From IMG/VR virus record IMGVR_UViG_3300047510_001499: DNA of 64,000 bases, one strand, 5' to 3'. The notes beneath the pieces are model-generated. The model did no database searches. It saw only the letters and a list, made by a program, of their open reading frames with translations, and was not told the DNA's origin. The stretch is from an uncultured virus (IMG/VR IMGVR_UViG_3300047510_001499) (lineage: Duplodnaviria; Heunggongvirae; Uroviricota; Caudoviricetes). This document shows, piece by piece, positions 56,667-64,000 of the stretch; the first letter of the stretch is position 1, and each line of letters opens with the position of its first letter. The position numbers and the translations under genes were made by a program.

Positions 56667-59600
56667 GTAAAGTTAAAACTCTTAATATTGGTATAGAAAA
56701 GATTGGTAAGATTTACCATATCGCAGATGTCCACATTAGAAACCTAAAAAGACACTCCGAGTATCGTGATGTGTTTTCCCAACTTTATGGGTATATTTTG
56801 TCCACAATGTCGGAAAACGACATCATCGTAGTTGCTGGTGATATTGTCCACGCTAAAACCGATATGTCACCCGAAGTAGTAGATTTAACGCAAGAGTTCT
56901 TTACTCGTTTATCAGACCTACTTCCAACTATTGTAATTCCTGGCAACCACGATGCTAATCTAAACAACCCATCTCGTATGGACGCTTTACAACCTATTGT
57001 AAATGCGTTGAAACTTGATAATCTATACTATCTTCGTGATACGGGTGTTTGGAAGATTGGTAATTGTTCGTTCTATCATCAGTCGGTATTTGATGAATCA
57101 CCGGGGTTCCCAACACCGGTTGATGTTGAGGGGTGTGACCATAAGATTGCATTATTTCACGGAGCGGTTGATAAAATTGTTACCGAGTTTGGGTTTGTAA
57201 TTGAAAACAAAAAAGTTCTTGTAGATAATTTCAAGGGATATGATATTGTTCTTCTTGGCGATATTCACAAACCAAACAATGGTGTATTAGGTAATGAGTG
57301 GATTAAGTATCCTGGCTCTTTGATTATGCAGAATCACGCCGAATCGGTATTTCCAGAACACGGAATCTTGGTATGGGATGTTGATACAAAAACAAACGAA
57401 TTCGTTCAGATTAAAAATCCATATGGGTATGTGACTGTTGATGTTGAGAATGGTAAGATTGTATCTAACTCACCGATTCCACAAAAACCACGAATGAGAA
57501 TTCGTGTTAAAAACACCAAAGCTGCTGACCTAAACAAACTGATTGCAGAATTAAAGAAGGGTAGACAAGTACAAGAACTTACGGTTCAAAAAGTTATTAC
57601 TCGTAAGGATTCTAACGAAAGTGAAAAGATTGTTCTTCAAAATGTTCGTGATGTTGCATATCAGAATAAATTGATTGAAGAGTACCTTTCCGATACCGAA
57701 CATTTGACTGAAGACCAAATGAGTGTTGTAAAGGGAATCAACACCGACCTCAATGCTAAGTTGGGTAGTCACACTATCAAACTGAATTCTACTTGGGTTC
57801 CAAAAACATTTGAGTTCTCAAATATGTTTTCATATGGAGCAAACAATATTATTGACTTCAGCAATATGAAAGGTGCTTATGGAATCTTTGCACCAAACGC
57901 AAGTGGTAAGTCAACTCTTTGGGATGCTCTTTCGTTTTGTATCTTTGATAAGTGTTCACGAACCTCAAAGGCTGAGGATGTGATGAACTACTCTAAAAAT
58001 TCGTTTGATTGTAAATTTACTTTTGACCTGAATGGGGTTGACTATGTGATTGAACGAAGTGCAAAGAAATCTCCAAAGAGGGGGACTGTAAAGGTAGATA
58101 CAAACTTTTACAAAATAGAAAATGGTGTGATGGAATCTCTTAATGGAGAACAACGAAGAGACACCAACTTTATTATCCGTGAGTATGTGGGAACATATGA
58201 TGACTTCATCCTTACAGCAATGTCCACTCAATCAAACAATACAGGGTTTATTGACAAGTCACAAAAGGAAAGAAAAGAACTACTTGCTCAATTCTTGGAT
58301 ATGGATGTATTTGAATCTCTTTACCAAATTGCAAGTGAAGAAATCAAAGAATTATCTGCTCTTCTAAAGGATTATAAGAATCAAGACCTACCGACCCAAT
58401 TAGCTGACGCTGAGGAGACTTTAACATCCATTACAGGTTCTTTAACCGAATTAGAAGATAAGCGTCTTAAATTGGATTCTCAGCGAGATTCAATCAACAC
58501 AAAGATTGAGTTTGAAGTTGGTAGTTTAAAGCCCGTTGATGATGTTGGTGATGTGGAACAATTAGAAACACATTTAGAGTCACTTAACAAGCAACGAAAA
58601 AGACAAGATACCGAATGTGGTGTAAATCTTTCGGAGCTTAAAAGTATAGAAACAAAACAACAAGATGTTGAGTCAAAGATGTCCAATTTAAACATTGATG
58701 ACTTAAAAGAAAAAAATGAACAATACAAAACTTACAATAATAAGTTTAATGAAATGGGAGTTCAACTTGATAAGTTGGAATCTCAAATGGTTCACGCTAA
58801 AAAACACTTGGATGGTATTGGGTCTCTTACCTTTGATGATAATTGTGACCATTGTGTAAGTAATAAAAACACACCATTTGCAAAACAAGCCCAAACCCTT
58901 GAAGATGAGTTGAAAAAATTGGGTAATGAATATACTGACTTGGTAACCAAACGTATGGATGTAATGACCCTACGAAATCAAAATGATGTGACCAAAGAGC
59001 TAAAGCTTTGGGATGACCTTTCCGAAACTTCTTCTAAATTGGAAAAGGAATGGTTAAAGGTCAGTCGTTCGTATGAGTCGTGTTTATCGCTTGTTAAGGA
59101 CTATGATACCTCTATTAAAAATTTAGAGATTGATATTCAAAAAGCCAAGAACCAACAACAAGCGGTAGAGCATAACAAATTGGTAAAGGAAAAGATACAA
59201 TCTTTAAAAGGTAAACGAACTGAAATTGAAGAGTCTATCAAAGAAACTACCAATGAGTTAATGAATATCAATTCAGAAATTAAGGTAGCTGAAAAAACCA
59301 TTGAGAATGTTCATCAGTCTTTGGAAAAACTTCGTGGTATGGAAATGAAATACGATGGGTATGAATATTACCTCAAGTGTGTAAAGAGAGATGGTATTCC
59401 TTACAATCTTATTTCAGAGGTTCTTCCAAAATTAGAAATGGAAATTAACAACATCCTTTCACCTATTGTAGATTTCCAAATCCTATTGAATACGGATGGT
59501 AAAAACATCAATTCGTATATTGCATATGGTGATGCTGAATACTGGCCATTAGAACTTACAAGTGGTATGGAAAAATTCATTTCATCTATCGCAATCCGAA

Positions 59601-59833
59601 CTGCTTTGATAAATGTGTCTAATTTACCAAGACCAAACTTTATTGCAATTGATGAGGGATTTGGGTCATTAGACACGGACAACTTCAACTCACTCTATTT
59701 ATTATTTGATTATCTAAAGACGCAGTTTGATTTTATAATCACCATTTCGCACATTGATAAAACGAGGGATATGGTAGATTTCATTATTGACATCAATAAA
59801 ATCAAAGGGTTTTCATCTATAAGATATTTATAA
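56663..59833 (+). CDS. fused SbcD/Mre11 nuclease - SbcC/Rad50 ATPase
   Basis: ADVH, AGD, PGNHD, GDIH, YPGS, then NASGKS Walker A, CDHC hook, SGME signature, IDEG Walker B. Confidence 0.9.
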   Translation: MSKVKTLNIGIEKIGKIYHIADVHIRNLKRHSEYRDVFSQLYGYILSTMSENDIIVVAGDIVHAKTDMSPEVVDLTQEFFTRLSDLLPTIVIPGNHDANLNNPSRMDALQPIVNALKLDNLYYLRDTGVWKIGNCSFYHQSVFDESPGFPTPVDVEGCDHKIALFHGAVDKIVTEFGFVIENKKVLVDNFKGYDIVLLGDIHKPNNGVLGNEWIKYPGSLIMQNHAESVFPEHGILVWDVDTKTNEFVQIKNPYGYVTVDVENGKIVSNSPIPQKPRMRIRVKNTKAADLNKLIAELKKGRQVQELTVQKVITRKDSNESEKIVLQNVRDVAYQNKLIEEYLSDTEHLTEDQMSVVKGINTDLNAKLGSHTIKLNSTWVPKTFEFSNMFSYGANNIIDFSNMKGAYGIFAPNASGKSTLWDALSFCIFDKCSRTSKAEDVMNYSKNSFDCKFTFDLNGVDYVIERSAKKSPKRGTVKVDTNFYKIENGVMESLNGEQRRDTNFIIREYVGTYDDFILTAMSTQSNNTGFIDKSQKERKELLAQFLDMDVFESLYQIASEEIKELSALLKDYKNQDLPTQLADAEETLTSITGSLTELEDKRLKLDSQRDSINTKIEFEVGSLKPVDDVGDVEQLETHLESLNKQRKRQDTECGVNLSELKSIETKQQDVESKMSNLNIDDLKEKNEQYKTYNNKFNEMGVQLDKLESQMVHAKKHLDGIGSLTFDDNCDHCVSNKNTPFAKQAQTLEDELKKLGNEYTDLVTKRMDVMTLRNQNDVTKELKLWDDLSETSSKLEKEWLKVSRSYESCLSLVKDYDTSIKNLEIDIQKAKNQQQAVEHNKLVKEKIQSLKGKRTEIEESIKETTNELMNINSEIKVAEKTIENVHQSLEKLRGMEMKYDGYEYYLKCVKRDGIPYNLISEVLPKLEMEINNILSPIVDFQILLNTDGKNINSYIAYGDAEYWPLELTSGMEKFISSIAIRTALINVSNLPRPNFIAIDEGFGSLDTDNFNSLYLLFDYLKTQFDFIITISHIDKTRDMVDFIIDINKIKGFSSIRYL

Positions 59834-59848
59834 GAAATGGAGTAGTTA

Positions 59849-62233
59849 ATGGGTTTGGAACTCAAAATAAAGTCAAAACAAAATCTATCCAAATATAGAG
59901 TTTTAGTAGAAGACTCATCAGCAACATCTGATGAGTATTTTTCTATTGTAGAGTTTCCAGAATACTTGGGTGAGGGTAAGAACCTACTTCGTATCAAAAC
60001 GAACCCAAATGTATTTGAACCCAACACTCAAATCTTTATTGAGGTATTAGACCCAAATGGAACGCCGGTATATTGGGAGATTCCAAATCATAGAGAAAAA
60101 GATGACTCTCGTTTAATTTCTATTTGGGTTTATGGTGATAGAAACGACAAGTACGATAATGGTAAGGGTATTGGTGAGATAGTCTTGCTTGGAACCTTAT
60201 CAACTACATCGGATGGTAAACAAGTTCCTACTGATTTCAAAAAGGTTCCAAATATAAGGTGGAGACGTAAAGTTTCGTTTGCACCAAACAAACCATCAAA
60301 TGGTAAGATTGTATTTAGGACAGATAGTTTACCAAGACTAACACTATCTTCAAGTGTTGATACATTCACTAATAAAGTAGTATCAAATAATCAATTAGTT
60401 AAGACCATCACCAATTCGGATGTTTATTATAAGAAATCTACATTTGGAAATACTGTATCACTTGAATATGAAAATGGTGATGCGTTTGAGGGTCAAATGG
60501 TTGGTGGTATTGTTTATGGTAATTTGTCCACTACTTTATTTCCAAGATTGGGTGGTGGTCAATCACAACCAACTACATTTACTGCAAGTATTAGTTCAGT
60601 TCCATCCATTTCTATTTTAAGAATAGAAAATCCACTAACTCAAAGTGATAATAGAACAAATGGGTCCATTCACACATATGAGTATTCTGATGGAACTATA
60701 AATGTAAATGTAGAGTATTACTCAACCGCATCTGATACACAAACTCAAAATCAAGTTGCTGTTGCAAATATAACTTTAACTAACCTTGACCCTATTGTAG
60801 GTAGGGTTCATTCAGTTAACACCTTACTAAAATCACAAGGATTAACTTCGGCTGAATATCAATTGATATCAAACAACTTGGTTAGTGCTACAGAATCAGT
60901 ATCATTTAAAGTTCCAATTCCAACCGAACAACTAAACGACCCAAAGACTTTAAAATTACAATTTTTAAATGTTGATGGTGTGAAGTCAGAAACCGAACTT
61001 GTTAAATCAGATGTTGTATTTACGGGCGGTAACGTATACATTGCAGGTGACCAATCCTTAATCACCGGCTCATTCCATATTGGAAACGCAATTGGAACTG
61101 GCATTGAAATGTCCGGCCAATCAAGTGGATATCTAAAATCGGTTGGATACCAAGGATTTACATCAGCATCACTTGGTAAAGGGCCGGGTGGATTTCTTAT
61201 TTGGAGTGGTAGTGGTAATTTACAAATTGGAGTAGACCAATACCCTGGTGTAGGAATGGAAATGGTGTCGGAGGGTGGTAGTTCAAGTTTCTTCTTTACA
61301 ACCGCAGGTGGTGGTAATTTGCAGGTAATCACCGATGATTTCTTTATTGGAACCGAAGCCACTCAATTTGTTAGTGGTTCAAATGGTAACATAGAAATTA
61401 GTTCATCATTTTTCCATCTTAATCCAAAAGATAATGAAGCTGTGATTGGTGGGTTTGTTGTAACCCCAACTGCAATAAGTTCATCACAATTTGATACATC
61501 CGCATCAGTATCCGTTCCAAAACTTGCACTAAAATCAAATGGACAAATTACAGGTTCAAGCGTTCTTATCCAACGACTATTGGATGGTGACTTTTACACT
61601 TTGTTTGATACGAATGTTGGTATTATAGACGCAAGAAATAATGGTAGACAAATTATTTCGGATTATACTGAATATGAGTGGACCGGTTCGGTTGAAACAA
61701 AAGTGGCAGAATATTACTTTCAGTTAATGCCGGGTGAAAATAGACTATTATATGCGTTTAGTCAGTTAACTCATAGGCAAGCGACTGGTTTTACTGGTTC
61801 AGTTGGATATGTTCAAGGAACTTGCAAAATGACACTACAAATTCCAAATACGGGCTCTGTAACTAATGGTCCATATGGGTATTCATCTCCAAGTCAAGGT
61901 ACATATTACTACGATGGTTTTGCAAACGCAACAGAATACACGGTATTTGAACGAACTTTAGGTAATATTGCAACCAATGACTATTATTCAAGTAGAACAA
62001 ATCAGCCAGGAGACCAAGGGTCTTATTATGTTGTTCCAAGTAACTTACAAGGTCGTTTGATTCGTGCAAATCTTTATTTAAAAACTTTAAATGTTGCAAC
62101 CACTGGCCCACGAACGGCCGGAACTTATTCAAGAGTCAAGGGTGTGAGTTTAGTTGCCACGAGACAATTTGGTCAGAGAGCTGGTGATATTACGGAAGTA
62201 TTGCCTGATTTGGGTGAAGGGTTAGGAATATAA
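59849..62233 (+). CDS. probable virion structural protein
   Basis: Late-type motif upstream; S/T/G-rich; GSNGNIEISSSFFHL. Confidence 0.65.
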   Translation: MGLELKIKSKQNLSKYRVLVEDSSATSDEYFSIVEFPEYLGEGKNLLRIKTNPNVFEPNTQIFIEVLDPNGTPVYWEIPNHREKDDSRLISIWVYGDRNDKYDNGKGIGEIVLLGTLSTTSDGKQVPTDFKKVPNIRWRRKVSFAPNKPSNGKIVFRTDSLPRLTLSSSVDTFTNKVVSNNQLVKTITNSDVYYKKSTFGNTVSLEYENGDAFEGQMVGGIVYGNLSTTLFPRLGGGQSQPTTFTASISSVPSISILRIENPLTQSDNRTNGSIHTYEYSDGTINVNVEYYSTASDTQTQNQVAVANITLTNLDPIVGRVHSVNTLLKSQGLTSAEYQLISNNLVSATESVSFKVPIPTEQLNDPKTLKLQFLNVDGVKSETELVKSDVVFTGGNVYIAGDQSLITGSFHIGNAIGTGIEMSGQSSGYLKSVGYQGFTSASLGKGPGGFLIWSGSGNLQIGVDQYPGVGMEMVSEGGSSSFFFTTAGGGNLQVITDDFFIGTEATQFVSGSNGNIEISSSFFHLNPKDNEAVIGGFVVTPTAISSSQFDTSASVSVPKLALKSNGQITGSSVLIQRLLDGDFYTLFDTNVGIIDARNNGRQIISDYTEYEWTGSVETKVAEYYFQLMPGENRLLYAFSQLTHRQATGFTGSVGYVQGTCKMTLQIPNTGSVTNGPYGYSSPSQGTYYYDGFANATEYTVFERTLGNIATNDYYSSRTNQPGDQGSYYVVPSNLQGRLIRANLYLKTLNVATTGPRTAGTYSRVKGVSLVATRQFGQRAGDITEVLPDLGEGLGI

Positions 62234-62251
62234 AATTAGATACTTATTATT

Positions 62252-64000
62252 ATGGGAAATTTAATTAAAGAGTGGGTTAGGGGAATTCTTGTTGAAGAAG
62301 TAAAACAAGAAGTAGTAGTTTATGCTGGAAGGTTTCAACCATTTCACAAAGGACACTACGCTACCTATGAACATTTGGTAAAAAAGTTTGGTAAGCAAAA
62401 TGTCTTTGTTGGGACCTCAAATCAACAAGGTGGTCCAAGACATCCATTTAATTTTAAAGAAAAACGAGAAATTATGATGAAGATGTTTAACATCCCATCA
62501 TCACAAATTGTCCAAGTAAAAAACCCATACCAACCAAGTGAGGTTTTAAATAAATTTGATTCTAAAACCACCGCATTTATCACGGTAGTTGGTGAAAAGG
62601 ATGAGGCTCGTTTGGGTGGTAAATACTTTAAGAAATACGATGGTAAGCCCGAAAGTGGATATCTTGATAACGGATATGTGTATGTATCCCCGGCACAACC
62701 AAACGCAATAAGCGGAACTGATGTTCGTAATTGGTTATCAGCATCAGATGATTCTCAAAGAAAAGCTGGATTCAAGAAAGCATACCCAAAGTTTGACCCA
62801 AAGATTTACAATTTAATTTCAACAAGGTTAATGAAGATTGAATCCGTAATGGAATCGTTCTTTAAATCATTTGATGTTGAATCTCTTTTAGAGGGCTCTC
62901 TTTATGGGGCAGATGCTGGTGAACCCGACACTATGTTTGTATTGCCAGGAAAAACTCGCAAACTTGGAATGAAAAATCCAGGTCAAAAAGATGATGTGTG
63001 GTTTGTAAATGGTGGTTATGTTCAAATGCACTTTCCGGTAGCTGATGTGATTGTTTCACCTGATGCAAAGGGGTCATCTGATTACTACCAATATTCATCC
63101 AAACGAAATATCCGTAATAATACCGATTTGGAAATCCCACCCGTAAGTGATGACTTTACAACGGCTAAACAGGGTAGAAAACAAGTTGATGTTCAAGACC
63201 TCAAAACCGAAGGTTCTACTATGGGACCAATTTCACTTGATATGGTTGATAATGGTCCTGCGTTTTCTTGGGCAAGTAAAGAAAAATACCAATCTGCAAA
63301 TAACGAAATTGCAAAACGATTGGGATTTGAAGTAGTTGATTGGATGTTGGGAACTGACTTGGAAACTCAATTTGTTCAAGACCGACCAACACAAGTTTCT
63401 TACTATCCAAAAAGTAATAGACCTGCAAATAAAGACTACTCTGATTGGAAATCTGATATTGAAAAAACAGCCACCGCTGTTGGTGTTGAGTTTATAAATT
63501 TTCTTGATAAAAAACAAATTGGATTAAACGAAGACCTTTTCGGAACATCGTTAAAAATGAAACCATATGAAACCTTGATGGTTAAATCCGTTATTGAATT
63601 TATGATGGATAAGTATAATTTTAATGCAAAGATTATAGTAAAGAAAAAAGAAAAAGTTGGATTGATAGGTGATATATCCTTAAATTCAAATTCAGTAGAT
63701 GGAAATAAATTTTATTTACACTTTAATCCCAATCAGTCATATCAGAGAATAATTCAAACAATGATACACGAGTTGACTCATATCAAACAAGTTTCCAGAA
63801 AAGAATTATTACCAAATAAAGACTATACCGCAATACTTTGGAAGGGTAAAGAATACATAACTGCAAAAGACTATAATAAGTTAATGAAGTCAAGTCCTTC
63901 GGAGTATATCAAATTACCTTGGGAAGTTGAAGCTATTTCAAATATGAAAAGTTTGTATCCTCAATTTATAAAATCAAAATATTGGTTGGGATTAAAGGGT
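62252..64000 (+). CDS. multidomain protein: cytidylyltransferase-like N-terminus plus HExxH zincin (runs off window; absent from ORF track)
   Basis: Hand translation is open to the window end: YAGRFQPFHKGH, ISGTDVR, and HELTH (63767-63781)...PWEVEA. Confidence 0.85.
   Translation, partial: MGNLIKEWVRGILVEEVKQEVVVYAGRFQPFHKGHYATYEHLVKKFGKQNVFVGTSNQQGGPRHPFNFKEKREIMMKMFNIPSSQIVQVKNPYQPSEVLNKFDSKTTAFITVVGEKDEARLGGKYFKKYDGKPESGYLDNGYVYVSPAQPNAISGTDVRNWLSASDDSQRKAGFKKAYPKFDPKIYNLISTRLMKIESVMESFFKSFDVESLLEGSLYGADAGEPDTMFVLPGKTRKLGMKNPGQKDDVWFVNGGYVQMHFPVADVIVSPDAKGSSDYYQYSSKRNIRNNTDLEIPPVSDDFTTAKQGRKQVDVQDLKTEGSTMGPISLDMVDNGPAFSWASKEKYQSANNEIAKRLGFEVVDWMLGTDLETQFVQDRPTQVSYYPKSNRPANKDYSDWKSDIEKTATAVGVEFINFLDKKQIGLNEDLFGTSLKMKPYETLMVKSVIEFMMDKYNFNAKIIVKKKEKVGLIGDISLNSNSVDGNKFYLHFNPNQSYQRIIQTMIHELTHIKQVSRKELLPNKDYTAILWKGKEYITAKDYNKLMKSSPSEYIKLPWEVEAISNMKSLYPQFIKSKYWLGLKG

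Noticed and set aside
31371..59833. Introns or inteins in dnaK, primase or Mre11-Rad50
   Set aside because: Frames are continuous with expected motif spacing; no splice-junction or homing-endonuclease motifs seen
3135..63517. Minus-strand and nested short ORFs in the track
   Set aside because: All lie inside well-supported + strand genes and show no recognisable motifs
1..64000. Bacterial chromosome (dnaK, clpP-like, thyA, tRNAs)
   Set aside because: Baseplate/tail module, one-strand coding, dense small ORFs and absence of normal operon partners indicate a phage
1..64000. Stop-codon reassignment
   Set aside because: Long genes are intact in the standard code; TAA, TGA and TAG all end genes; no suppressor tRNA seen

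Overview
A 64-kb segment of a large, AT-rich, contractile-tailed dsDNA phage. Essentially all credible genes are on the + strand in the standard genetic code. The host is very probably Bacteroidota, based on TTTG/TAnnTTTG promoters, a T9SS type-B C-terminal sorting domain, DUF4494 and DUF2589 genes, and Bacteroidota-style lipoproteins. In order, the window holds: thyA plus a secreted nuclease/lipoprotein/T9SS-cargo block; a repeat-rich intergenic region (about 6.85-8.9 kb) with early-type promoters; about 14 kb of small accessory ORFs (dCMP deaminase, a DUF2589 cassette, phosphoesterase, methyltransferases, GT25); a cluster of 10 canonical tRNAs plus one highly non-canonical tRNA-Gly(UCC)-like gene; a VWA/MoxR-type AAA+ pair; DnaK, UvsE, ClpP-like, HD and sigma-like genes; a baseplate/tail module; endonuclease I-like, primase and a fused Mre11-Rad50; and a truncated nucleotidyltransferase-zincin multidomain ORF. 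The most notable unexplained structure is: a covarying pseudoknot motif placed just 5' of three tRNAs, the degenerate tRNA-Gly, an 11-bp-period TTAACA box fixed 47-48 bp upstream of seven promoters, the DUF2589 cassette, and a 24-bp repeat at five consecutive gene junctions. All family assignments come from motif recognition by eye; no database search was run.
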